A DNA stretch of 41,869 nucleotides, taken from IMG/VR virus record IMGVR_UViG_2531839449_000046. The stretch is one strand, 5' to 3'. Below are positions 18,196-27,787 of the stretch, in pieces; position 1 is the first letter of the stretch; each line of letters starts with the position of its first letter. Source of the DNA: a virus (Duplodnaviria; Heunggongvirae; Uroviricota; Caudoviricetes). The notes under the pieces are model-generated. The model made no database searches and was not told the DNA's origin. It saw only the letters and a program-made list of their open reading frames with translations. Position numbers and translations under genes: made by a program.

Positions 18196-18629
18196 GCAGA
18201 GTAACCGCGATTATCTCCGCTCTGGTTATCTGCATCATCGTCTGCCTGTCATGGGCTGTTAATCATTACCGTGATAACGCCATGACCTACAAAGAGCAGC
18301 GCGATAAAGCCACATCCATCATCGCTGATATGCAGAAGCGTCAACGTGATGTAGCAGAACTCGACGCCAGATACACAAAGGAGCTTGCTGATGCTAACGC
18401 GACTATCGAAAGTCTCCGTGCTGATGTTTCTGCTGGTCGTAAGCGCCTGCAAGTCGCCGCCACCTGTGCAAAGTCAACGACCGGAGCCAGCAGCATGGGC
18501 GATGGAGAAAGCCCAAGACTTACAGCAGATGCTGAACTCAATTATTACCGTCTCCGAAGTGGAATCGACAGGATAACCGCGCAGGTTAACTACCTGCAGG
18601 AGTACATCAGGACTCAGTGCCTGAAATAA
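18192..18629 (+). CDS. Rz: i-spanin Rz
   Basis: 145 aa, N-terminal transmembrane helix then coiled coil; start overlaps R stop. Confidence 0.75.
   Translation: MSRVTAIISALVICIIVCLSWAVNHYRDNAMTYKEQRDKATSIIADMQKRQRDVAELDARYTKELADANATIESLRADVSAGRKRLQVAATCAKSTTGASSMGDGESPRLTADAELNYYRLRSGIDRITAQVNYLQEYIRTQCLK
18385..18576 (+). CDS. Rz1: o-spanin Rz1 lipoprotein, embedded in Rz
   Basis: +1 frame inside Rz; signal peptide with lipobox VVSAC and Pro-rich mature region. Confidence 0.65.
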   Translation: MLMLTRLSKVSVLMFLLVVSACKSPPPVQSQRPEPAAWAMEKAQDLQQMLNSIITVSEVESTG

Positions 18630-18661
18630 TTTTTTTGCAAACCACAAAGTCCATTTAATGA

Positions 18662-18688
18662 GCCTCGCGAAAAGCGGGGCTTTTTTAT
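18662..18688 (+). terminator. intrinsic terminator after the lysis cassette
   Basis: Stem GCCTCGC/GCGGGGC (one G-U), loop GAAAA, then TTTTTTAT. Confidence 0.55.
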
Positions 18689-18829
18689 GTCCGCAGTAAA
18701 CGCGCATCTCACGCGCATATTAACGAGAGCCTTTCAGTAAGCGAGCCTGAGAAATGCCGTTATAGGTGGCGACCTCTCTCGGGCGGCTTTTCTGTGAGAC
18801 AGGCTCACTTTCTAAAAGGTAAAGACGCT

Positions 18830-19354
18830 ATGAATAATCATTCAGTTATTCCAGCCTTCGACTTCCGAGAAATGGTGCAAGCCAAAAACGGAGAGGTCGT
18901 TACCACATCCAGAAAAATTGCCAAGTACTTCGGCAAGCGACACGGTGATGTTCTCAGGAAAATCGAGCAGGTTAAGGCTGATTGCTCACGTGAGTTTAGC
19001 CAACGCAATTTTGCGTAGGCTGATTATATCGATGAGCAGGGCAAGGTTCGCCCGATGTACAGCCTGACGAAAGATGGCTGGATCATGGTTGTGATGGGGT
19101 TCACCGGGAAAGCTGCTGCGGCAATCAAGGAGAGCTATATCGCAGCATTCAACTGGATGGCAGAGCAACTGAGCCGCCGCATGGCAATTGGCGAAGAAAT
19201 GCAGCACCGCTACGCCATCAAAGAAACACGCTCAAAGCTGAAAGGTACGATCGGCAGTCGGTTAATGAACGAACGGAAGAAAGAGAAGCGCGTCCTGGCT
19301 GTCGAGCATGAATACATCTTGCAGGTGACACAGCCTGAACTGCTGATTAATTGA
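18830..19354 (+). pseudogene. rha: Rha-family regulatory gene interrupted by an in-frame TAG
   Basis: ORF from ATG 18830 ends at TAG 19016-19018; the same frame continues 112 codons to 19354; family call from memory. Confidence 0.5.
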
Positions 19355-19585
19355 AGATGTCATTACAAAGCCTATCTACGGGTGGGCTTGATAATGAAAC
19401 CGGAGTTAATTTCTGGTCACTAATTAACGGCAGTACAGCGAAACAACCCAAGCCAGTAAGTGGGGAAATAACACTGGCAGCCACTGAAAGATGAACCTCC
19501 TGCCTTATGGCAAAAAAGATTCTTTGTGGTGGCGGACTGATGGAAAGACATCCTAATCAAGCAACCACTCCACAGGGTCATAATT

Positions 19586-19966
19586 ATGAACGACCAGCAA
19601 ATCGAAAAAGAAATCGTTGAGAAAGGCAAAACGGAACCGCGAATCACCCCGCAGCACATCGAAGACGTGATTAAAAGCGAGCATTACTTTACTGCTTATG
19701 ATGGACGAAATGGTGCCATTTCCAGCAACGAATATTGTGGCAGGGAAAAACCAGAGGAAGGCGATCGTGATTTATCACCATTGAAGTTGCTCACTTTCTG
19801 CGTACTGGTGCTGAAGAATGGCTTCACCGTCACCGGAGAGAGTGCCTGTGCAAGCCAGGGAAACTTTGATGCAGAAATTGGTCGGAAGATTGCTCGGCAG
19901 AATGCTGTAAACAAAATCTGGATGCTCGAAGGTTACTTGCTGAAGCAGAAGCTAAGCGAACAGTAG
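19586..19966 (+). CDS. hypothetical phage protein
   Basis: 126-aa ORF between lysis and packaging modules. Confidence 0.5.
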   Translation: MNDQQIEKEIVEKGKTEPRITPQHIEDVIKSEHYFTAYDGRNGAISSNEYCGREKPEEGDRDLSPLKLLTFCVLVLKNGFTVTGESACASQGNFDAEIGRKIARQNAVNKIWMLEGYLLKQKLSEQ

Positions 19967-20069
19967 TTATTACAAAAGCCATTCCCTACAGAGTGGCTTT
20001 GACAATGGCTTATACCCTACACGGGATAACTTAACTGATATCCCTTTTAACGGATAAACGGAGCCAACA

Positions 20070-20312
20070 ATGGCAGAGATTATTCCCATGACTGAAGAAC
20101 AGAAATTCCAGTTAGAGATTTACAAACTGGTCATGAACCAGAACGCAGCCGCAGAAGAAGCATTTCAATTCATTGGCACTGACGAACTGAAGCTTGAGCT
20201 ATTCAAAATTCACTTCCAGTCAGGTGGCGCTAATTCAGATATCACGACCCGCACTATCGAAGCGGTGCGTAAATCGAAGGAAGCGTTAGACCTGTTCACT
20301 ACCGGAGTGTAA
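20070..20312 (+). CDS. hypothetical phage protein (80 aa)
   Basis: ORF with ATG start; closely followed by next gene. Confidence 0.5.
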   Translation: MAEIIPMTEEQKFQLEIYKLVMNQNAAAEEAFQFIGTDELKLELFKIHFQSGGANSDITTRTIEAVRKSKEALDLFTTGV

Positions 20313-20315
20313 GAG

Positions 20316-20603
20316 ATGACTGAACAAGAAATGCCGAGATACCAGTGCCACAAAAAAGTTCGCGCCCTGAAGATTGGCTCTATAGAACATAAGCCAAACC
20401 CAGATCAGCCTGGTAAGTCTGGCTCTTCTAGTTATGGGGCAATTATTCATCCGGATGATAAGAAATACGCAGCATTTGATGTTAGCGCGGAATATATCTG
20501 TAAGCACCGACCAATGTCTGGAGGCTATTACGTTGTCTATGAGGATGGATATGAATCATATTCTCCTGCTGAGGTATTTGAGTCTGGATATTCAAAATTA
20601 TAG
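20316..20603 (+). CDS. hypothetical phage protein (95 aa)
   Basis: ORF starting 3 nt after the previous stop. Confidence 0.5.
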   Translation: MTEQEMPRYQCHKKVRALKIGSIEHKPNPDQPGKSGSSSYGAIIHPDDKKYAAFDVSAEYICKHRPMSGGYYVVYEDGYESYSPAEVFESGYSKL

Positions 20604-20612
20604 GAATCCTCT

Positions 20613-20792
20613 ATGACAAGCGTCGTTGATCTTGGTAAGGAGAAGAAATTCCCAATTACTCAAGAGCTATACGAGAGGCTGGAAAGCGTCATCCATGATT
20701 ACGATGGTGAAATCAGTTTATGCGAGGCGATTGGCACACTCGAATTGCTGAAGCAGTCACTGATTGAAGGCGCGAAAGAGTCCTCAGCCTGA
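20613..20792 (+). CDS. hypothetical small acidic protein (59 aa)
   Basis: ATG 20613; below track cutoff; fills the gap before the terminase genes. Confidence 0.35.
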   Translation: MTSVVDLGKEKKFPITQELYERLESVIHDYDGEISLCEAIGTLELLKQSLIEGAKESSA

Positions 20793-20809
20793 AATAACAA
20801 CTAAGTGAG

Positions 20810-21238
20810 ATGAATATGGCGACTGAACCAAAAGCTGGTCGCCCCTCTGATTATATGCCGGAGGTGGCTGACGATATCTGCTCGTTGCTTTCTTCTGGCG
20901 AAAGTTTGCTGAAAGTATGTAAGCGTCCTGGTATGCCGGATAAGTCCACTGTTTTCCGCTGGTTGGCAAAGCATGAGGATTTTCGCGACAAGTACGCGAA
21001 GGCAACTGAGGCACGAGCTGATTCTATTTTCGAAGAGATATTCGAAATTGCTGACAATGCGATTCCAGATGCTGCTGAGGTGGCAAAGGCAAGACTTCGC
21101 GTTGATACCCGCAAATGGGCGCTGGCCCGAATGAATCCCCGTAAGTATGGCGACAAGGTAACTAACGAGCTTGTCGGTAAGGACGGCGGCGCAATTCAGA
21201 TTGAAACATCACCGATGAGCACTCTATTCGGAAAATGA
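20810..21238 (+). CDS. terminase small subunit (Sf6 gp1-like)
   Basis: MATEPKAGRPSDYMPEVADDICSLL... matches recalled Sf6 small terminase; start may be ATG 20816. Confidence 0.7.
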   Translation: MNMATEPKAGRPSDYMPEVADDICSLLSSGESLLKVCKRPGMPDKSTVFRWLAKHEDFRDKYAKATEARADSIFEEIFEIADNAIPDAAEVAKARLRVDTRKWALARMNPRKYGDKVTNELVGKDGGAIQIETSPMSTLFGK

Positions 21239-22650
21239 CCTCGATTAATCCTATCTTTGAACCGTTCATTGAGGCGCATCGCTACAAAGTCGCCAAAGGC
21301 GGTCGAGGTAGCGGTAAGTCATGGGCAATCGCGAGGCTGCTTGTTGAAGCGGCGCGTCGGCAGCCGGTGCGCATCCTCTGTGCTCGTGAACTGCAAAACA
21401 GTATCAGTGATTCGGTAATCCGGTTGCTTGAAGACACCATAGAGCGGGAAGGGTATTCGGCTGAGTTTGAAATTCAGCGTTCAATGATTCGTCATCTCGG
21501 AACGAATGCTGAATTCATGTTCTACGGCATAAAAAACAACCCGACGAAGATTAAATCGCTCGAAGGTATTGATATCTGCTGGGTGGAAGAAGCGGAAGCG
21601 GTAACGAAGGAATCATGGGATATCCTGATACCGACCATCCGTAAGCCGTTCTCTGAAATATGGGTGAGCTTTAACCCGAAAAACATCCTCGACGATACCT
21701 ATCAGCGATTCGTTGTAAATCCTCCCGATGATATTTGCCTGCTGACGGTGAACTACACCGACAACCCGCACTTTCCTGAAGTTCTCCGTCTGGAGATGGA
21801 AGAGTGCAAACGCAGAAATCCGACACTGTATCGTCACATCTGGCTTGGTGAGCCAGTAAGCGCAAGTGATATGGCAATCATCAAACGTGAATGGCTTGAA
21901 GCCGCAACCGATGCGCACAAGAAACTCGGATGGAAGGCGAAAGGCGCTGTTGTCTCTGCGCATGACCCGTCAGATACAGGACCGGATGCTAAAGGTTATG
22001 CATCGCGTCACGGTTCGGTGGTTAAGCGCATTGCCGAAGGTCTGCTGATGGACATCAACGAGGGTGCTGACTGGGCTACTTCGCTGGCGATTGAAGACGG
22101 CGCTGATCATTACCTGTGGGATGGCGATGGTGTCGGTGCAGGGCTACGCAGACAGACAACGGAAGCGTTCTCCGGCAAGAAAATCACCGCCACGATGTTC
22201 AAGGGCAGCGAATCGCCATTCGATGAAGACGCGCCGTATCAGGCCGGAGCATGGGCTGATGAAGTCGTACAGGGTGACAACGTTCGCACTATTGGCGATG
22301 TTTTCCGCAATAAGCGAGCGCAATTCTATTACGCACTGGCTGATAGGCTGTATCTGACATATCGGGCGGTTGTTCACGGTGAGTATGCAGACCCCGACGA
22401 CATGCTGAGTTTCGACAAAGAAGCGATAGGCGAGAAGATGCTGGAGAAGCTGTTTGCAGAACTGACGCAGATTCAGCGCAAATTCAATAACAACGGGAAG
22501 CTTGAGCTAATGACTAAGGTCGAAATGAAGCAGAAGCTCGGTATTCCATCTCCTAACCTGGCTGATGCGCTGATGATGTGTATGCATTGCCCGGAGTCGG
22601 CTGCGCAACCCGACTATTCCAGTTACTCAATTCCTTGTGGTGTAGGTTGA
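21235..22650 (+). CDS. terminase large subunit
   Basis: 471 aa; Walker A-like VAKGGRGSGKS near N-terminus; start overlaps small-subunit stop. Confidence 0.85.
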   Translation: MTSINPIFEPFIEAHRYKVAKGGRGSGKSWAIARLLVEAARRQPVRILCARELQNSISDSVIRLLEDTIEREGYSAEFEIQRSMIRHLGTNAEFMFYGIKNNPTKIKSLEGIDICWVEEAEAVTKESWDILIPTIRKPFSEIWVSFNPKNILDDTYQRFVVNPPDDICLLTVNYTDNPHFPEVLRLEMEECKRRNPTLYRHIWLGEPVSASDMAIIKREWLEAATDAHKKLGWKAKGAVVSAHDPSDTGPDAKGYASRHGSVVKRIAEGLLMDINEGADWATSLAIEDGADHYLWDGDGVGAGLRRQTTEAFSGKKITATMFKGSESPFDEDAPYQAGAWADEVVQGDNVRTIGDVFRNKRAQFYYALADRLYLTYRAVVHGEYADPDDMLSFDKEAIGEKMLEKLFAELTQIQRKFNNNGKLELMTKVEMKQKLGIPSPNLADALMMCMHCPESAAQPDYSSYSIPCGVG

Positions 22651-22651
22651 T

Positions 22652-24850
22652 ATGGCAGAAAAAAAGATGACTGACTGGCATCGCAAGGTGCTGTGCAACT
22701 TTGATAATGCCTGGTCAGCAACGCAGGATATGCGTGAGCAGATTATTGAGGCTCAACGTTTCGTCCGGGTATCCGGCGCACAGTGGGAAGGCAGCACAAA
22801 CGCTGGTTACTCATTTGATGAAGGCAGGTTTGAGCATTACCCGCGCTTTGAACTGAATAAGATTGCCCGTGAATGTGATCGCATCATTGGCGAGTATCGA
22901 CAGAATCGCATCAGCGTTAAATTCAGGCCGAAGGACGATAAGGCATCGGAAGCGTTAGCCGAAAAGATGAATGGTAAATTCCGCGCTGACTATCAGGAAA
23001 CATCCGGTGGTGAAGCGTGTGATAACGCATTTGATGATGCTGTAACGGGCGGATTCGGTTGTTTCCGCATGTGTGCCGATTACGAAGATGAAATGGATCC
23101 GAGTAACGAGCAACGCCGTATAAGCCTTCTCCCTGTTTACGACCCAGCGACATGCGTCTTCTTCGATCAGGACAGCAAGCAATATGACCGCTCTGATGCT
23201 ATGTGGGCTATGGAAATGTTCTCCATGACGCCTAAAGCGTTCGAAGCTGAATACCCTGATTCCATCGCGGCAAGCCTTTCTCGTGATGACACTGGTACTC
23301 AGTATGACTGGTCAACGCCCGATGCCATCTATGTTGGACGCTACTACGAAGTTCGCATAGAGAAGGTGAAGCTCACAGCATGGCGTAACCCTGTTAGCGG
23401 AGAAACGGCAATCTATGATGAAGATCAAATCAAAGATATTGTCGACGAGCTGACCGATGGCGCATTCGAACTGATTGGTGAGCGGACAGTGAAGAAACGC
23501 CGAGTTTATTGCGGTCTTCTGTCTGGCGCTGAATGGCTGGAAGAACCGAAGCGTATTCCGGGCGAACATATTCCTCTCATCCCGGTATATGGGCGTCGCT
23601 CATTTGTTGATAATCAGGAGCGAATCGAAGGTCACGCAGCAAAAGCGATGGATGCACAGCGTCTTGAGAACCTGATGGTTTCCATGATTGCAGATAACGC
23701 TACTCAGGCTGGCGGTGATGGCATTCCTGTAGTTGATGTTGACATGATTCCTGGTCCTCTCGCCACTCATTGGGCGGAGCGCAACAAAAAGCGCCCGGCG
23801 TTCCTGCCGATGGTCAGTCTGAAAAACAAAAACGGAGATATTACTGCGCAGGCTCAGGTCAGCAGTTATACACCTCCGACACAAATGCCTCCTGCTCTTG
23901 CCGGGCTATTGCAGTACACCGGAACGGCTATTCAGCAAATTACAGGTGCGTCGCAGCTTGAGAACATGCCGAGCAACGTCGCCACCGATACCGTTGATAG
24001 CATCTTTAACCGGATGGACACGCAGTCCTATATCTACATGGACAATATGGCTAAATCCATGCGCCGCGCTGGCGTCGTGTGGCTTTCTATGGCTCGTGAA
24101 GTCTATGGCAGTGATACGCCGATGCGTATCGTTAATGAGGACGGCAGCGATGACGTGGCGCTGATGACTGGTGAAGTGGTTGACCGTCAGACAGGGCAGG
24201 TTATCGCGCTTAACGACCTTTCGCAGGGTAACTATGAAGTGACTGTCGATGTCGGTCAGTCGTTCGCTACTCGCCGTGACGCAACGGTTAAGTCGTTACT
24301 TTCCATGCTGGCACTTATCCCACCAGGAACGCCGAAGCACGACCTTGTATCGTCGATGATTCTCGACAATATGGACGGCGAAGGGATGGACGACCTTAAA
24401 GAATACAACCGCAATCAGTTGCTTCTGTCTGGAGTTATCAAGCCGAGAACGCCAGAAGAGCAGCAAATGGTTGAGCAGGCGAAACAACAACAGGCCAGTC
24501 AGCCAGATCCGGCTATGGTTGCTGCGCAAGGTCAGCTTCTTGCTGGTCAGGCTGAATTGCAGAAAGCGCAGAACGAACAGGCATCCATTCAGGTTAAAGC
24601 ATTCCAGGCACAGACTGATGCTCAGGTTGCAGCGGCAAATGTTGTGAAAATCCTCGCATCTGCCGATAGCCAGCAGAAATCTGATATCCGCGAGGCTCTG
24701 AAACTGCTAGGACAGTTCCAGCAACAGCAAGGAGACAATGCCCGTGCTGATGCAGAGCTTGTCCTGAAAAGTCAGGCACAGGGCCATGCGCAGCGCATGG
24801 ACATCAGCAGTATCCTGCAAAAACCAACTCAGCAACAACCACAGCAGTAA
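22652..24850 (+). CDS. portal protein (P22 gp1-like)
   Basis: 732-aa ORF directly after terminase; Gln/Ala-rich coiled-coil C-terminal barrel typical of P22-type portals. Confidence 0.8.
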   Translation: MAEKKMTDWHRKVLCNFDNAWSATQDMREQIIEAQRFVRVSGAQWEGSTNAGYSFDEGRFEHYPRFELNKIARECDRIIGEYRQNRISVKFRPKDDKASEALAEKMNGKFRADYQETSGGEACDNAFDDAVTGGFGCFRMCADYEDEMDPSNEQRRISLLPVYDPATCVFFDQDSKQYDRSDAMWAMEMFSMTPKAFEAEYPDSIAASLSRDDTGTQYDWSTPDAIYVGRYYEVRIEKVKLTAWRNPVSGETAIYDEDQIKDIVDELTDGAFELIGERTVKKRRVYCGLLSGAEWLEEPKRIPGEHIPLIPVYGRRSFVDNQERIEGHAAKAMDAQRLENLMVSMIADNATQAGGDGIPVVDVDMIPGPLATHWAERNKKRPAFLPMVSLKNKNGDITAQAQVSSYTPPTQMPPALAGLLQYTGTAIQQITGASQLENMPSNVATDTVDSIFNRMDTQSYIYMDNMAKSMRRAGVVWLSMAREVYGSDTPMRIVNEDGSDDVALMTGEVVDRQTGQVIALNDLSQGNYEVTVDVGQSFATRRDATVKSLLSMLALIPPGTPKHDLVSSMILDNMDGEGMDDLKEYNRNQLLLSGVIKPRTPEEQQMVEQAKQQQASQPDPAMVAAQGQLLAGQAELQKAQNEQASIQVKAFQAQTDAQVAAANVVKILASADSQQKSDIREALKLLGQFQQQQGDNARADAELVLKSQAQGHAQRMDISSILQKPTQQQPQQ

Positions 24851-24940
24851 TTAACCCATAACGTGCAATGGCTGTCTTTATGAGGCCTGGCACCCTATTG
24901 CCTTCCGATGGGCTGAACATCGAGTAAACAGGGGTAACAA

Positions 24941-25834
24941 ATGGACCAGATGGCAGAAAACACACCAGAAGTTGAAATCGAAACCGACGCGTCAGAGCAG
25001 ATTCCTGATGATGTCGAACTGGCTGAAGAAGTCGAAACAGAAGATGGCAGTGAGTCCTCCGGCAATGATGCAGAGGAAGCTACTGAAACTGATGACGACG
25101 AATCAGAACAGGAATTCTACTTTGGTGACGAAAAGCTGGATTCGCCAACCAGCGAAGATGGCGCAGAGCATGGACTGGTAAAACACCTGCGCAAGACGAT
25201 TAAAGAGAAAGACCGCGAGCTGAAAGAGCTGATGCGTCAGTCTCAGAAACCCGTCGAGCAGCAGCCGGTAATCACTCAACCACCGCGAATGCCAAAACTG
25301 GATGATGAGGACATCGGTTTCGATGAAGAAATCTACCAGCAACGCATGGCTAAGTGGGCAGAGGATAACGGCAAGTACCAGCAACAGGAGATGGCTCGCA
25401 AGCAGAAGGAGCAGGAGCTTCAGGCTGCCTATCAAGAGCGATTATCCAAATATCAGCAACGTGTTAAGGCTCTCAAAGTTCCTGGCTATCAGGAAGCAGA
25501 ACAGGCCGTACTCGAGGAAATCCCCATCGAGACACAAAACGCGATCCTGTTTGAGTCAGAGAAGCCGGAAATCGTTGTTCTGGCACTCGGTCGCAACGCT
25601 GAACTGCGCAAGCAACTGGCAGAAGCTACCAACCCCGTAGCAATTGGTCGTCTGCTGGAACGTATCGAATCGAAGGCCAGAATCATGCCAAAAGCAAAAA
25701 CCACGGCAGCCACAACCCCGACAGTTAAGGGGAGCAACGGCGCAGTAATCAACAACCTCGGCAAATTGAAAGCCAAGGCGCTGGAAACTGGTGACTGGAC
25801 GCCGTATTTCGCCGCTAAAAAGGCAAAAAAATAA
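24941..25834 (+). CDS. scaffolding protein
   Basis: 297-aa highly charged helical protein between portal and coat. Confidence 0.65.
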   Translation: MDQMAENTPEVEIETDASEQIPDDVELAEEVETEDGSESSGNDAEEATETDDDESEQEFYFGDEKLDSPTSEDGAEHGLVKHLRKTIKEKDRELKELMRQSQKPVEQQPVITQPPRMPKLDDEDIGFDEEIYQQRMAKWAEDNGKYQQQEMARKQKEQELQAAYQERLSKYQQRVKALKVPGYQEAEQAVLEEIPIETQNAILFESEKPEIVVLALGRNAELRKQLAEATNPVAIGRLLERIESKARIMPKAKTTAATTPTVKGSNGAVINNLGKLKAKALETGDWTPYFAAKKAKK

Positions 25835-25852
25835 CCTATCGGAGCATTAAGC

Positions 25853-27106
25853 ATGGCTAACCAATTAGCAAAAGACCTTGAAATCATGTTCGAAAACTAC
25901 GTTGAAGGCTTTGAGGCCGCCTGCGTAGTTTCCCGTAACGCTAAAAAATTCCGTTCCGGTGATACAGCAATGCAGCGAGCAGGTGATGTTCTGTATCGTC
26001 CGCAGCATTACCACATGAATATTGAGGAAGGCCTAGACCTCAGCGGCAAAACGCCAACAGCACTGGTTCAGCGCCTTGTTCCTTCTGTGTTCAAGGAGCC
26101 GAAAAACATTCTGTACACTCTGGATGCGCGTGAAATGCGTGACCCGGAACATAAAACTGAAGCTGGTCGAGCCGCAGGTATGCGCCTTGCTGCACAGATT
26201 GACTCTGACCTGATTTCCATGGTCACGCAGCGTGCTACTAACGTGATCACGATGGCTGACTCAACCACAGGTTCACAGGGCCGTGATTTGTGGAACTGTG
26301 CGGCAGGTATTGATGCCACCATGACGGCGATTGGTGTACCGCAGGGTATCAACCGTCGCTCTTTCTGGAACCCCTTCAACTACAAAGACCTTGCTGGCGA
26401 GCTTGGTCACCGTGCCTACGCTCAGGGCGCAACCCTGACAGCATACGAAAAAGCGCAGATCCCTCCGGTTGCTTCCTTTGATAGCTACAAGACCGATATT
26501 TCTGGTCGATTACCGAAAGGAAGCGCTGAATCCTTGACAGTATCAGGCCAACCTGAACACAAGGTTGAAGCGAAAGATTCAAATGGTATGCCAGTTGATA
26601 ACCGACAGGGGACTATTACGGTATCTGCATCTGGCTTGCAGGTTGGTGATGCGTTCACCATTGCCGGTGTGAATTCCGTACACCAGATCACAAAAGATAC
26701 CACCGGGCAACCGCAGGTATTCCGTGTTCTGGCTGTTAGCGGAACTACCGTAACAATCTCTCCAAAGATTCTCCCTGTTGAAAATACCGATGTTGCGAGT
26801 CGTCCATATGCAAACGTCGATGCCAAACCGGCAGCATCAGCAGCAATCACCATTCTCAACAAGAACGCAGCACCTGCTAACCTGTTCTGGGCTGATGGTT
26901 CTGTTGAGCTGATGTACGGCAAACTGGCGTTCCCGACTGGTCAGGGTCCACAGGTAATGACAGCAACCACCGAGCAGGGCGCTACGCTGATCATGTCTTA
27001 CGCCTTCGACCACATCAAAGGCGTAACCACTGCTCGTTTCACCACTCTGTACGGTTGCTCTGTACTTGTTCCTGAATATACGGGCATCGTTATTGCCGGG
27101 CAGTAA
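25853..27106 (+). CDS. major capsid (coat) protein
   Basis: 417 aa after scaffold, followed by a terminator; P22/Sf6 synteny. Confidence 0.7.
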   Translation: MANQLAKDLEIMFENYVEGFEAACVVSRNAKKFRSGDTAMQRAGDVLYRPQHYHMNIEEGLDLSGKTPTALVQRLVPSVFKEPKNILYTLDAREMRDPEHKTEAGRAAGMRLAAQIDSDLISMVTQRATNVITMADSTTGSQGRDLWNCAAGIDATMTAIGVPQGINRRSFWNPFNYKDLAGELGHRAYAQGATLTAYEKAQIPPVASFDSYKTDISGRLPKGSAESLTVSGQPEHKVEAKDSNGMPVDNRQGTITVSASGLQVGDAFTIAGVNSVHQITKDTTGQPQVFRVLAVSGTTVTISPKILPVENTDVASRPYANVDAKPAASAAITILNKNAAPANLFWADGSVELMYGKLAFPTGQGPQVMTATTEQGATLIMSYAFDHIKGVTTARFTTLYGCSVLVPEYTGIVIAGQ

Positions 27107-27113
27107 TTTTGGT

Positions 27114-27136
27114 GGGGCTTCGGCCCCATTTTTATT
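27114..27136 (+). terminator. intrinsic terminator after the coat gene
   Basis: Stem GGGGC/GCCCC with TTCG loop, then ATTTTTATT. Confidence 0.5.
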
Positions 27137-27147
27137 GGGAGAAGACA

Positions 27148-27336
27148 ATGGCACGAACAATGCTCTATAAGTCGGGCAACATGATCACCTGTGGTCAGTT
27201 TGCTGTCGATTACATCATTGTTGATGACGAAGAAGTTAAATCTCACCTGAAAAAAGGCTGGGTAAAAACCCCTGAAGAAACCGCAACGAAGCAAAAAGTG
27301 GCTAAGGCGGAAGAAGATGGCGAAAACGAAGGGTGA
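27148..27336 (+). CDS. hypothetical small head-region protein
   Basis: 62 aa from ATG 27148 (MARTMLYKSG...). Confidence 0.4.
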   Translation: MARTMLYKSGNMITCGQFAVDYIIVDDEEVKSHLKKGWVKTPEETATKQKVAKAEEDGENEG

Positions 27337-27778
27337 TCTCGTTCTTAAGGCTTTACGAAAAGCTGGGCTGTATTCCAATGCCACGTTGACAGATGCTGAC
27401 CCTCAGGCAATTGAAGATGCCATTAATGACCTCGAAGACATGATGGCAGCATGGCAGGCTAAAGGTATCGAGCTTGGGTATCAGTTTGCTGATACAGAAA
27501 ACGGCATCATGCCGTTACCTGACGATGATTCAGGTATCCCTGCATGGGCAAATGATGGCGTCGCTTTGAAACTCGCTGTGCAAGTGTGCATGGATAACGT
27601 CATTCAGCCGTCAGACGCTCTCCTTACCGCTGCTGACAGTGCATATCAGACAATCTGTATCGCTTTAACCAAAATACCACCACTTGAGCGGCGAAATGAC
27701 ATGCCTCGCGGTAGTGGTAACAAAAGCGCGTTTACGTGGAATCGGTTTTACATCGAGAAAGATGATCCGAGTACGTGA
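27317..27778 (+). CDS. head-to-tail adaptor (P22 gp4-like)
   Basis: 153 aa; position after coat as in P22 order 5-4-10-26. Confidence 0.55.
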   Translation: MAKTKGDLVLKALRKAGLYSNATLTDADPQAIEDAINDLEDMMAAWQAKGIELGYQFADTENGIMPLPDDDSGIPAWANDGVALKLAVQVCMDNVIQPSDALLTAADSAYQTICIALTKIPPLERRNDMPRGSGNKSAFTWNRFYIEKDDPST

Positions 27779-27787
27779 GGTGAATAA

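Noticed and set aside
19420..19659. 79-aa minus-strand ORF in the rha to 19586 intergenic region
   Set aside because: Cys/Ser-rich low-complexity translation opposing the late operon, no RBS; judged spurious.
22923..24779. Short ORFs on both strands inside the portal gene
   Set aside because: All lie within a continuous 732-aa ORF with clear portal context.
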